Of a DNA stretch of 64,000 nt, positions 11,431 through 21,677 are shown piece by piece. The number at the start of each line of letters is the position of its first letter. Positions within the stretch are counted from its first letter, which is position 1. The translations under genes and the position numbers were made by a program. The DNA is from Nitrosopumilaceae archaeon (lineage in GTDB: Archaea > Thermoproteota > Nitrososphaeria > Nitrososphaerales > Nitrosopumilaceae), in assembly GCA_965207375.1 (NCBI GenBank), contig OZ242274.1:1344001-1408000 (forward strand). Reading direction: 5' to 3'. The notes beneath the pieces are model-generated. The model was not told the origin of the DNA. It made no database searches and was given only the letters and a program-made list of their open reading frames with translations.

Positions 11431-11478
11431 CATGTTTCAAGTAACAAAGGCTACATACTGAACTAGCCTGTTTTTTTT
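11431..11478 (+). ncRNA. Putative antisense small RNA against the anticodon arm of tRNA copy 1
   Basis: 11432-11445 is identical to 11356-11369 (14 bp), followed by an AGGCTA-N10-TAGCCT hairpin and T8. TATA-like TTTTATA at 11404-11410. Confidence 0.6.
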
Positions 11479-12039
11479 ATTTCCGCCTATAATTCTAAGA
11501 TCATTTCATTTCAATACCTGTATAATCCCATAAATCCTCACCATTGATAATTAGGATAATTTCACCGATCTCACTTGGTTTTAATTTCTCAAAGTTTATT
11601 GTGTGATGTATAGGCAGGTCATAGATTAATTGTACATTCTGTATTACCCTTTTGTCATCTTCGCTCCTTGCCTCAATGATAACCTAAGGTCTACATGTCA
11701 TGAATGTCTAGCCTAAGTTCATCTAACGGTTTACCACCTATCTAGAGGGTCAAGGCCTTTGATTTGACATCTAGTTTTTCATCTGATTGTCCTATGTGAC
11801 CGGATTGATTTTAGCACTTTTCATTTGATCTTCTGTACTGCATGTACTGGTTTGTTTTGACTTTACAAACACTGTCTTATGTTGTTGGGTTTTCTCCTTG
11901 CATGTGCGGTTTGTATTAGGATTTTATTGCAAGTGTGCCTTGCATGTGTATCTCCTAATGCAGGCTGTGCTTGCAGTTCCTAGAGATATTGCCTTACGAT
12001 ACATTGACTTTGATTAGACTTTGTATATTAAAAAATTTG

Positions 12040-14088
12040 TCAATTTCTTAGTAACTGTGTCAAGGCATCTGCTATTTGTTGCCATAGTGGATTAGAATAT
12101 TTTTGGGTATTGTTTTGTGCTTCTGCTGCAGTCATAGGATTGTCATGTTCTGTAATGTTAAATGCTGCAAGTGTTCTATTCCATAAATCAGCTTGTTCTT
12201 TTACAGCTTCAATCAGAGTTGCATTTATCGTGTATGTTGGTTCAGGTACTGGTTCTACTGTAGGTATTGGTTCTATTGGTTCAACCTGTGGTGAATCTTG
12301 AGCAACGGCTGATGTTTGGTTAACCTGTGGTACGTGTATTTCCTGTGGTACGTGTATTTCCTGTGGCTCTTGCTGTGGTGTATTTTGTGTTGCATTTTGT
12401 TGCTGTTGCTGTTGCTGTTGTTCAATTGCAGCCTCACGCTCTTGTAAGATATTTGCAATTTTGACCCATAATGGACTAGAGTATTTCTTTGTATTTGCCA
12501 GAGCCTCTGCTGTAGTAAGTGGATTATCATGTTGTATCACTCCAAATGCTGCCAATGCTCTATTCCATCTGTCAACGTGATCATGACCGTGATGTGTCAT
12601 GGATGCAAGGTACTTTATGTCCTCAATTAGTTCTGGGTCAGCTGTAGGTATTGGTATAGATTCTGGTACAATGTATGGTGTATCTTGAGCAATATTTGAT
12701 GTATGATTAATTTGTGGTACGTGTATTTCCTGTGGTTGCTGTGGTGAATCTTGAGGTTGCTGTGCGGCCGCATCCCTTGCAGCCTCTAATTTAGCCAGTT
12801 CTTGAGCAACTAAACCCCAAAATGCATTATTGTATTTTTTTACATTGGCCAGAGCCTCTGCTGCAGTCATAGGATTGTCATGTTGTATTTCTCCAAATGC
12901 TGCCAAGACCCTATTCCATCTGTCAACGTGATCTGCACCAAGCTGCGTTTGTTCTGCCATTAACTTTGCACCGTCTATTACTGATGGATCAATTTCATCA
13001 TACGGATTTTCTGGTATTGGAACACCGGTTGTGAGTCTGGGTGGCCCGTCACCGCCACTCTCTGAATCAGATATTGTAAAAGTCTGGCTAGTGGTTCCGG
13101 TTAGGCTATATCCTGTACCAGGAAGTAACGTAACTGTGACAGTGCCACCGCCCTGATCACCCGTTGTTACGAGCGTTTGAATCACAATAATTGGAGTTTG
13201 TGATGTCACACTGGTTGTAAAAGTACCTACAGGTGATAAACTGCTTAGATAGTTTGCTCCTGTGGTGGTGACAGAATATCTTACTTGTATCGTGTCTCCG
13301 TCTGTGCTCGGGTTAGGACTCAGAATAAAAATTGTTGATATTGGCAGACCCTCCAGAATATTTAATATAGCATTACTGAATTGTACTGAATACTTTGATC
13401 CAATCTGTGTCTCCCAATAATGTTGACTGCTTTGTATTAGATATGATGGAGTGTTTGGATGTATCCACTCATGGAGGTATGGGTTATCTACAGTGCGTTT
13501 TACTATTGGTGAAACATGAACTAGGATTGATTCTGCACTACCTCCAGTAGTTGGACTTGTTGTCCATGAGGCAGTACCTGATGTTTGTCCTTCATTGATG
13601 GTTATCTTTTTGTAGAGGAAAGGAAGGTAAGTAGGGTTGGTTCCCGAGTCCCTGTCGGCCGTGCTGCCGTAGGTTGGAAATGTTTCAGTGTCGCTGCTAG
13701 TGCCGCCTAATGTGGCCGTATTGGAAGTACTACATCTATTTGCTGTACCGTGTGGCTTGGAACTGTGAGATAAATAACAGTCATCAACTTGGGCCCAAAA
13801 TTCTATTGTTCCATTTGCAGCCTCATCTAGAGTTACAGTTACTGTGAGAGGATCGCCGTGAGCTGGATTGTTTAGTGTAACTTGAGCCCTGTTTATCTCC
13901 TTAGCATCTGTATAAAATTGAGGGGACATTGTAACGGATGGCTCAATTGGGTGACAGGCAGAGTGGAAATTCGTTTCGCCGTTTATGCGGCAAAGCACAT
14001 GATCAGAAAATGCCTCTGGTGTTTGAACACCAAGCAATAATGATATAGAAACTGCCGTAATAACTGCAAAGTATAATGTTTTCAACAA
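12040..14088 (-). CDS. Secreted protein with a Calx-beta/Ig-like region, Q/P-rich linkers and three WNR.LAAF...HDNPMTAAEA repeats
   Basis: Signal-peptide-like N-terminus, VTVTLLPGTGYSL beta-sandwich segment and visible internal repeats. Confidence 0.7.
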   Translation of the reverse strand: MLKTLYFAVITAVSISLLLGVQTPEAFSDHVLCRINGETNFHSACHPIEPSVTMSPQFYTDAKEINRAQVTLNNPAHGDPLTVTVTLDEAANGTIEFWAQVDDCYLSHSSKPHGTANRCSTSNTATLGGTSSDTETFPTYGSTADRDSGTNPTYLPFLYKKITINEGQTSGTASWTTSPTTGGSAESILVHVSPIVKRTVDNPYLHEWIHPNTPSYLIQSSQHYWETQIGSKYSVQFSNAILNILEGLPISTIFILSPNPSTDGDTIQVRYSVTTTGANYLSSLSPVGTFTTSVTSQTPIIVIQTLVTTGDQGGGTVTVTLLPGTGYSLTGTTSQTFTISDSESGGDGPPRLTTGVPIPENPYDEIDPSVIDGAKLMAEQTQLGADHVDRWNRVLAAFGEIQHDNPMTAAEALANVKKYNNAFWGLVAQELAKLEAARDAAAQQPQDSPQQPQEIHVPQINHTSNIAQDTPYIVPESIPIPTADPELIEDIKYLASMTHHGHDHVDRWNRALAAFGVIQHDNPLTTAEALANTKKYSSPLWVKIANILQEREAAIEQQQQQQQQNATQNTPQQEPQEIHVPQEIHVPQVNQTSAVAQDSPQVEPIEPIPTVEPVPEPTYTINATLIEAVKEQADLWNRTLAAFNITEHDNPMTAAEAQNNTQKYSNPLWQQIADALTQLLRN

Positions 14089-14214
14089 AATTAACGGGGG
14101 GGGGGTTCTAAAAATGTTGCGATTTGGATGCTGTCATCCACATTTTTTCAAATCACCATCAGCCATATTTTCGAGAGCCTTGCAATGTAAACAACATATA
14201 TCAATTAATGTATA

Positions 14215-15299
14215 AGAGATGTGATTCGTAATTAGCCAATTTCCCTAAATTTCACGCCTAGCAATACCAAAAAGATCCAAATATCACCCGAATCTACCAC
14301 AACTCATGATGTCCTATGAAAAACTGGTAAAAAATCCCAAAAGATTTCGTGCCATAACAGGCATGTCTGCCAAAGAATTTGATTTGTTAGTATCTAAGGT
14401 GGAAAAAAAGTATCCAAGAGCAGAAAAAAAGAGACTCTCTAGAGAAAACAGAGTGCGCGCAATAGGTGCAGGCCGCAGATTCGCATTAAATGTACGAGAC
14501 CAGGTGATGCTACTTTTGTTTTACTATCGTACATACTGCACACAAGATGTAGCAGCAGTCATGTTTGAAATAGGACAAGCATCAGTATCGCGCTCTATTA
14601 CTCATATAGAGCCCATCCTCAAACTATGCATTCCTATACCTTCCAAAATACATGACAAGATGCAAAGAATTTCCTCCATAGAGGAATTAGAAGAGATTCT
14701 TCCAGGTCTTAGATGTCTTGTTGATGCCTCAGAACAGAAAATACAAAGACCAGGACGCAAGGACATGGAAAAGTCTCACTATTCGGGCAAAGCAGGAGCG
14801 CACACCTCTAAGATACAATATACGACTAACACGCATGGACTAATCGTGCACAAGACACGTCATTCGCCAGGAAAAATACATGACGTTACAGTATACAAGA
14901 AAAAACCTCCAACATTTCCAGAGAAAATACCTGATGAAATACAGGTCACCATATGTACCAGACAGGAGATACCAAGGGGCACCTGAGGTTCCTGGAGGGA
15001 TACTGTGCACTCCAATCAAAAAGAAAAAGGGTGCAAAGCTCACAGAGGAGCAAAAGGAATACAACAAAATCCACTCAAAGATTCGCGTATACGTAGAACA
15101 TGCAATACGCAGGGTCAAGACCTGGCGTATTATGGGAAACGTATACAGGAATCCACTCATAAAATACGACCGGATCAACGATATTGTGTGCGGTTTGGTA
15201 AACCGTAGCATATTGTGGCGGTTGAATCAGATGGCCTGACTGAAACAGGGCATCTGGATGGCAGTAGGCACGCATAAAAAATAATTACGGATCACCTCT
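14215..15299 (+). mobile_element. IS5-like (HTH_Tnp_4/DDE_Tnp_4) insertion sequence
   Basis: Imperfect terminal inverted repeats AGAG(AT)GTGAT(T/C)CGTAATTA flank the transposase. Confidence 0.7.
14306..15239 (+). pseudogene. IS5-like transposase, frameshifted near 14950
   Basis: FRAITG, VDASEQ.IQRP, YSGK and HD in ORF1; D.RYQG and RVYVEHAIRRVK in ORF2. Confidence 0.85.
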
Positions 15300-16062
15300 A
15301 AGGTATACATGAACAAGAGAGAATACAAATGGGAAGAACACCACTATAAGATGGTAGACGAATGTGAAAAAATGTTCAAAGATGGTACCCAAGGTAAAAA
15401 AATAGATATTTAGTTTAATGTATTTTTAGTTATTTTATGATATTCTGGAAATGTATAACTACATTTAACACTAATTTTAACAAAAAATATGACTACCTTT
15501 CAGATCCATCAATAGACCTTATACAACACTTAAGAGAAAATTATAACATATGATGTTCCGACAAACCATGAGGATTATGTTCCATGTGAACATATTGAGA
15601 AGAGGTACTTGTTCACGTAATAGAGTTTATTTGTGCCCAGATGATATCATGTTACGAAAAATTAGGTACGAGGTGTACACGTACACATTATGTGCGAATA
15701 CAAGTATTCCTATTCTAAATGGGTCCTACCAATTGCATTAGGGTTAAAATTATTGTTACCACACTCATAACATACAAAGAATATTGATACAATGGTTCTT
15801 TTTTTGACAAATCATCTGATGAAATATCCATTTTAGGATGTTTTTTTGATATGTAGAAAGTGCTCGTTTAAACTGTTTTTGTTGTCTTACTTTGATATCC
15901 CATTTATAACGATGAAATCTTCCTGTTATTTCGACTTTTGAATCTTTAAGTTCCTGTTCTAATTTCAGGATCTTTTGCAGATCTTCACATTGATTTTGGG
16001 TCAAACGCTGATCTTTTAATGTTAACCGTAATCTTATGTTTGGAATGCTTGGAAAAGCCTGC

Positions 16063-16323
16063 TTAATTTTTTGTAATGATTTGTATAGTTTGGATTTTTT
16101 CCGGGCATTTTTCAAAGATTTTTTCGGCGATCTCTTCTTTTTGCTCTTCATTTTCTAACTCAAATTTTGCAGATATATCAAATGATGGTGAATTGTCTAA
16201 ATCTTTGAGATGTGTAAATCCAATTTCTTCTAGAATTTTTTTAACATCTGGACATGCTTGATGTGTACTGCAAAGAATTTTAAATTCAAATTCCAAATCA
16301 ATAATCCCTATGTAAGTTGTCAT
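16063..16323 (-). CDS. Small hypothetical protein, paralog of 35637-35870
   Basis: Near-identical EFKILCST...CPDVKK...GFTHLKDL..SP.FDISA.FEL in both copies. Confidence 0.6.
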   Translation of the reverse strand: MTTYIGIIDLEFEFKILCSTHQACPDVKKILEEIGFTHLKDLDNSPSFDISAKFELENEEQKEEIAEKIFEKCPEKIQTIQIITKN

Positions 16324-16489
16324 TTTTCCACAATATATGTTTAGAAGAACATTCCAAAATTATAGAATAAATCATATCTAATAATTATAAAAATGGGTAA
16401 TATTTAATCTTCTTTGGTCTAAAATTTTACATTTGTTGCTTTATTTAGTGATATTTTGTAACTGATCGATTTTATAAAGCATGATGCCT

Positions 16490-16567
16490 GAGACATGATT
16501 CATAATTAGATCTAGGCACGGATTTTTGCCCTTGTTAGAAGCGGTTTTCTAATTACGAATCACCTTA
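16490..16567. mobile_element. MITE family A (~77 bp) with ends like the IS5-like element
   Basis: Inverted ends ...TAATTAG/CTAATTA... Homologous to 47406-47482, ~55135-55200 and the partial copy at 63147-63195. Confidence 0.6.
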
Positions 16568-16734
16568 TGAAACATACGGTAGAGATGGAAACCCTAAAGC
16601 ATTACTATTTGGGTATTCATATTTTGTCGTAAAATAGTTTATTCAGTAATGTTTTCTGACAGGGACATATTGTCATAATTTTGCAGACATCATTATACCA
16701 TGATACCAAAGACGGCTAATATGCTGTTATACAT

Positions 16735-19056
16735 ATGGTGTGTATGCGTGCGTACCTGATTCTGGCTGCAATTACTCTCATATTTGCAGGCTCTCAGGCG
16801 TACGCGAGTGATTTTTTCGTAATTACGGATTTAGGCAATACGTTCTCTGTGGGTATAACACCAAATGATGGAGAGGCAGCAGACGCCCAAACTGCAGAAA
16901 TTGCGGGGACTTTGAGCGAGGGTGCAAGGATAATACGAATGGATTATTACGATACTAAAATAATCCAGCGTGGGCCAGGTTGGGAGAAAACTAGTGACCT
17001 AAAACCCTACAATAAGATGGAGCCGGGAGTAGTATCTGCTGAAATTCCGGGTATCAGAACAACCTATACCGGTTTTAATTATCGCCTTGATTATAATTTG
17101 ATAAATGACAAACTAGTTTGGAACAGAGGCAATTTCACATTTGACACAGAACCTTTTCCAACTTCAAGAATCACCATACATGAAAACGGTACCAAAAGTG
17201 TTATTGATTTTGGTCAAGGTTTAGAAAGGATTCATTATCTAAAAGAACTTGGATATTACATATACGACTTTGAGGTACCACCGCCCAAAGAAATTATTAT
17301 TGAGGCCTATACTGAGGGCAAGAATATTTTACAAACTGATGTGGATTTAATCAATGCACCATATCGTCCTGAATACGGATTTCTATTTTATACTAAAGCC
17401 GCCCATAATCTGGGTAAAAATGAATTAAGTGGTCCTATCGGAGGTACGTCTGGAAATATAACGGGATTGATAAAGTACAATTACACCTATGCTGTGGATT
17501 TTTTAAATCACGGCTCTTCAGTGCGTGAAACAGCTTATAATATTGTAGAATTAGAAGCTGAAAAACTGTTTAATTTAAATCTACAACAACAATCTGATGG
17601 ACGTTACAAGGTAACTGGTAATGCGCCATGTTGTCAGTTTACAAACCCTCCTGATGATTTCTTGTTAAATGAATTGAAAAAACATCATCCAAATGCTAAG
17701 GAAATATTAAAGATATATGCACCAAGTGTTGGACATGGTGATTACCAAGTACGACTATATGACCCATTACCTGCATTAAAGATTAAAACCCTTGGTACCA
17801 TAGATATTGTTGATTGGAACAACGACAGTTATTATCTAGAAATTGACAAGACACGTACAACTGATTTCATTAATATGAAAAGAGGATACATGAAAGATAA
17901 CCATTACCTCCAGTTCTTTATCATTGATGGACTACCACCCAACAAGTATTACGCATTGATTGGTTACGAAGGCTCTGTAATTCACAATGCAAGAACAGAT
18001 AATTCTGGTAAAATAGAGATCGATATAAGAGACATTCCAACACAATACAGAGAACAAACAGGTAGACTAGTAATATACGATAAATTTACCGAATGGACAT
18101 CGAGTGACCCTATACGCTCATCTACACACGTACCATTTTTTGACATATACAATGAGAATGCATTTCCACTAGCCAAATCTGCAAGCTTTCTACCAACTGA
18201 TTCAATTTATACCCCATCTGCATACGTAAAGTTCCCAGTACCTACAGAAATTGTAATCACAAACATGACCATGGGAGAGGTACGACTCCCATACATTGAT
18301 GGTACATACAGAGCAGGTGACTCTATGTATGTACCTATCATACCTGGCAAAAATATAATATCATTTGAGATAAACGGCTTGTCTGTTTTAATACAGGTAA
18401 GCAATGTGCGTGGACATACGGGTACAGTAATTTTAGATCCTATACAGCGAGAATTTCAATATAGCAAGTTTAGTCCAAATAATTTTAGAGATGGGCAATT
18501 TGATAAATTTAGCGGACAAATCGGACAGTCGACATTTTTTATTGCACCAAATGACGGCAGGGTAAAGGTAGGTGTACTTGCAAGTCTGGCAGGAGAGGTA
18601 TACATCAAAAATACGGTAAAGTATGAAAAAATCCCAGATCCTCCACCACCTCCACCACGACCAAGAGACCCATTAACAATGTGGACTGATATCTACAAGA
18701 ACGGAAAATTCCTCTCATCAGAACAGCTGTATTTTTCTGCAAAACCATTTGCGTCATTAGATAATACCAAAAGTTTCAATGTACCACTAACAAACAACAG
18801 AATGCAAAGCTGGGCAACAGCAGAATTTACATATCCAAACAAAGACTTTACTACAAACCCATATGAAAATATCTACGAAACCTTTACAATTACAGGTGTA
18901 GAGGCAGGTGACTTTATCGAGGTCTATTTCTATTTGAAGATAGAGGCAGATGGCCGAATAGTTGACCAACCAAACAAGGCAAGAAACATAACATCTGAAG
19001 GCCTAGCTACGGGCTCACTTGAAATCAAAAACGGTAGAATCGACATTTCAATGTGA
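16735..19056 (+). CDS. Hypothetical secreted protein (773 aa)
   Basis: Signal peptide ending AYA, long ORF and proline-rich linker. Confidence 0.7.
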   Translation: MVCMRAYLILAAITLIFAGSQAYASDFFVITDLGNTFSVGITPNDGEAADAQTAEIAGTLSEGARIIRMDYYDTKIIQRGPGWEKTSDLKPYNKMEPGVVSAEIPGIRTTYTGFNYRLDYNLINDKLVWNRGNFTFDTEPFPTSRITIHENGTKSVIDFGQGLERIHYLKELGYYIYDFEVPPPKEIIIEAYTEGKNILQTDVDLINAPYRPEYGFLFYTKAAHNLGKNELSGPIGGTSGNITGLIKYNYTYAVDFLNHGSSVRETAYNIVELEAEKLFNLNLQQQSDGRYKVTGNAPCCQFTNPPDDFLLNELKKHHPNAKEILKIYAPSVGHGDYQVRLYDPLPALKIKTLGTIDIVDWNNDSYYLEIDKTRTTDFINMKRGYMKDNHYLQFFIIDGLPPNKYYALIGYEGSVIHNARTDNSGKIEIDIRDIPTQYREQTGRLVIYDKFTEWTSSDPIRSSTHVPFFDIYNENAFPLAKSASFLPTDSIYTPSAYVKFPVPTEIVITNMTMGEVRLPYIDGTYRAGDSMYVPIIPGKNIISFEINGLSVLIQVSNVRGHTGTVILDPIQREFQYSKFSPNNFRDGQFDKFSGQIGQSTFFIAPNDGRVKVGVLASLAGEVYIKNTVKYEKIPDPPPPPPRPRDPLTMWTDIYKNGKFLSSEQLYFSAKPFASLDNTKSFNVPLTNNRMQSWATAEFTYPNKDFTTNPYENIYETFTITGVEAGDFIEVYFYLKIEADGRIVDQPNKARNITSEGLATGSLEIKNGRIDISM

Positions 19057-19196
19057 TTTTGACTAGCCAAAACCTCAAAAGCATCTACATCTAAGGTATA
19101 GTGACAGGATAGATAGGGAAATAACCAATACCCTCAAACTTCAAAGTTATTTGATTCCTGTCACTTTTTTTGTAAAAATGGTTTTTGATCGAGAGG

Positions 19197-19406
19197 CTAT
19201 TTTTGTACGGGATCGGTCATTTTAACAAGTACCTTTTCATTTTCTGCAAGTATCTCAATGTGAATCTCGATAAATTCACAAAAATCAGATAGGTATTTTA
19301 CATCACGTTTTTTGTTTTCTGCTACTGCATGATTGAACAATTTCTGAACCTCTTCTAGTAATGCGTCATTTGCATTTTGGCAGTCCTTTATCTTTTCAGC
19401 CATCAT
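19197..19406 (-). CDS. Hypothetical protein
   Basis: Short ORF with plausible amphipathic composition. Confidence 0.4.
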   Translation of the reverse strand: MMAEKIKDCQNANDALLEEVQKLFNHAVAENKKRDVKYLSDFCEFIEIHIEILAENEKVLVKMTDPVQK

Positions 19407-19702
19407 ATCAAGGGCATGTCACTCCTTTCATTTAATCTAATTCATTTAAAATGATATTGGACAATCTTTTGATTTCAAGAGGGTTGGAAATACATTTCTG
19501 ATTAAGGATTAATTTTTTCCTTGAAACTATGATTTTTGTCAAAAATCCTTTAATCTAATTTGAAATCTACTTTCTAACATCGTTTTGAAAAACAGAACTT
19601 GTAAAATCTATTGGCTACACTTTATAATATTATAATTATACAGATCAAATTTCATCTAGGCTACAAATTTTGATTAAGAATGTTACATTCTTACTCTATC
19701 TG

Positions 19703-19858
19703 TCATTCTTTTTTAATCTCTTTTAGAACCCAATCAATACCACCGTTGTCATCATGCATTGGTATCTCTTCAAACACTGCATCACTTTTGTCATCTACTT
19801 CATGCATGTCTTTGTCGTAGAATCGTTTTAAAATATCAGGATCGATTATATCTGTCAT
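19703..19858 (-). CDS. 51-aa protein homologous to the C-terminal module of 20604-21257 (absent from the ORF track)
   Basis: MTDIIDPDILKRFYDKDMHEVDDKSDAVFEEIPMHDDNGGIDWVLKEIKKE aligns with KKFYDKNMNLVDSESEATFEKVPTQTGNGEFKWVQREIKKE. Confidence 0.6.
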   Translation of the reverse strand: MTDIIDPDILKRFYDKDMHEVDDKSDAVFEEIPMHDDNGGIDWVLKEIKKE

Positions 19859-19891
19859 GTTGATTTTATCCCTCTTCTGCTATTTTAATTT

Positions 19892-20113
19892 CTATATAAC
19901 AACGCCTTTTACTTTCTTTTCTCTTTCGTATTCTTCATGCCAGATCCAATAGTGTTCATCTAGTGCTTTGACCAAGCCTTCTTTGATTGCTTCATCCCAT
20001 GTTTCTGGCATAGGAAACCAACCCCAATTACCCATACTATCACATATTTCTTCCTTGGTTAGTCTTGTGTCTGACGTTAGGTGCTTTATGTATTTTTTAA
20101 TTTCTTGTTCCAT
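19892..20113 (-). CDS. Trp-rich repeat-family protein (WGW..ETWDEA.KEGL)
   Basis: Shares the motif with two neighbouring ORFs. Confidence 0.7.
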   Translation of the reverse strand: MEQEIKKYIKHLTSDTRLTKEEICDSMGNWGWFPMPETWDEAIKEGLVKALDEHYWIWHEEYEREKKVKGVVI

Positions 20114-20151
20114 TATGTAAACTCCAACTTAAATCCTCTCTCTTCTGTTAT

Positions 20152-20475
20152 TTATTGTGTCCATCTGTAATAATTGGCTTCTGCTGCTATTCGGCTGTAT
20201 CCGTACTCTTTCATTTGCCATTGAATCCATCTTTCTATTTCATAGTTTTCATACCAGATCCAATAATGTTCATTCAGTTGTTTGATCAAGCCTTCCTTTA
20301 CTGCTTCATCCCATGTTTCTTGTACATCAAACCAACCCCAACTGTTAAAATCAGATAATATTTCACCTTTCATTGCACCCTGTTCTGTTCTATGTTTGAT
20401 AAATTTTTTTATATTTTCATTCATGTGAATATCACTGCATATCCTCGTTCTTCTGCTATTTATCGTCTTGTCCAT
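20152..20475 (-). CDS. Trp-rich repeat-family protein
   Basis: WGWFDVQETWDEAVKEGLIKQLNEHYWIW. Confidence 0.7.
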   Translation of the reverse strand: MDKTINSRRTRICSDIHMNENIKKFIKHRTEQGAMKGEILSDFNSWGWFDVQETWDEAVKEGLIKQLNEHYWIWYENYEIERWIQWQMKEYGYSRIAAEANYYRWTQ

Positions 20476-20603
20476 TTTTCATAATTCATTTCTGCTGATA
20501 TTCTGTGGATTCCTAACCCTTTCATTTGGTTTTGAATCTATTGTTCTTTTCTGGCTTCTTTAGTAGATTCTTCATTGGATTCTTCTTGCTTTTTGTTCAT
20601 GAT

Positions 20604-21257
20604 TTACTCTTTTTTAATCTCTCTCTGAACCCATTTAAATTCACCATTACCTGTCTGCGTTGGAACTTTTTCAAATGTTGCTTCACTTTCACTGTCTACA
20701 AGGTTCATATTTTTGTCGTAGAATTTTTTCTTCTTGTTTCCTTTTTCATCATACATATCAAAATACTCATGCCAGACCCAGATATTCTGGTTTGGATATT
20801 TATCCACCCCTGGCTTGTCTAGTCGTTTTACCAATCCCTCTTCTAGTGCCTCGGTCCATGTATCTTGTTTGGGCCAATGTCCCCAACATCCTATATCGTC
20901 TATTATCTCTAGTTTTGATCTTGGAATTTGTGTAGCTATTTTTATGAACATTCGTACATCTGGGTCTATTATCCAAAGTCCGGTTTTTATCCATTTTTCT
21001 AACCGCTCATGCCAAACCCACCGGCCATCATACACTTGTCTTATCAATCCTTCCTTCACTGCTGTATCCCATAGTTGTACTGGATTTTTTGATGGTCTTG
21101 TCATTCCTTTCTTTTCTGCTTTATCCCATGTTGGGTCTTCAATACTTTTTTTACTACTTTCTTCAAGAAAGGACATTGCCCGATCCTTGTGTATGGGAAA
21201 GTCTAGAGTCAACTTTAGTGTATTTTCGTCCCATACGTTAATCATGTAACCACCCAT
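20604..21257 (-). CDS. Protein with two Trp-rich repeat modules plus a C-terminal module
   Basis: LWDTAVKEGLIRQ...WVWHE and WGHWPKQDTWTEALEEGLVKRL...WVWHE. Confidence 0.7.
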   Translation of the reverse strand: MGGYMINVWDENTLKLTLDFPIHKDRAMSFLEESSKKSIEDPTWDKAEKKGMTRPSKNPVQLWDTAVKEGLIRQVYDGRWVWHERLEKWIKTGLWIIDPDVRMFIKIATQIPRSKLEIIDDIGCWGHWPKQDTWTEALEEGLVKRLDKPGVDKYPNQNIWVWHEYFDMYDEKGNKKKKFYDKNMNLVDSESEATFEKVPTQTGNGEFKWVQREIKKE

Positions 21258-21299
21258 CTATTGAGTTCATCTGTAATTCATCTCACTTGTTCTATAAAA

Positions 21300-21659
21300 T
21301 CAGCATAGTAGATTAGGGTTTTCAATTATCTCTTTTAATAAATGACGATGACAGGGGGTGTCATCTGGTTCATAACAAAGTAATGTTACGTGTGAACGTT
21401 TAGTTTTTGAACTTAATTCCCTAATAATTTGTAAACTGTTGTCGTTTTCTTGTAGTTCTTGTTTGAAAGACATACTGAAATCTTCCCAGATTATGTCATG
21501 ATTTTTGTATTTTCGTAGTAATGATACACTTGGTGCAAGTTCTCTTGTCCATCTATCAAAATGAGTTTTTTTAACACCTCTGGGATAAAATCTAGTAATT
21601 AGAATCTTGGTCCCATCTCCATCTTCTTTAGGCTTGTAGATGCTCTTGGTCTTTATCAT
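21300..21659 (-). CDS. DUF488/YeaO-family protein
   Basis: MIKTKSIY..DG.KILITRFYPRGVKK, LAPS and VTLLCYE...CHR. The true start lies downstream of the repeat array. Confidence 0.85.
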   Translation of the reverse strand: MIKTKSIYKPKEDGDGTKILITRFYPRGVKKTHFDRWTRELAPSVSLLRKYKNHDIIWEDFSMSFKQELQENDNSLQIIRELSSKTKRSHVTLLCYEPDDTPCHRHLLKEIIENPNLLC

Positions 21660-21677
21660 TCCTTTTGTTTTGTTTTC

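Noticed and set aside
11431-11478. C/D-box guide RNA for the tRNA
   Set aside because: CUGA is present, but there is no RUGAUGA C box and the complementary segment is not adjacent to the D box.
11500-11990. Possible gene remnant upstream of the cassette
   Set aside because: Multiple stops and no recognisable motif.
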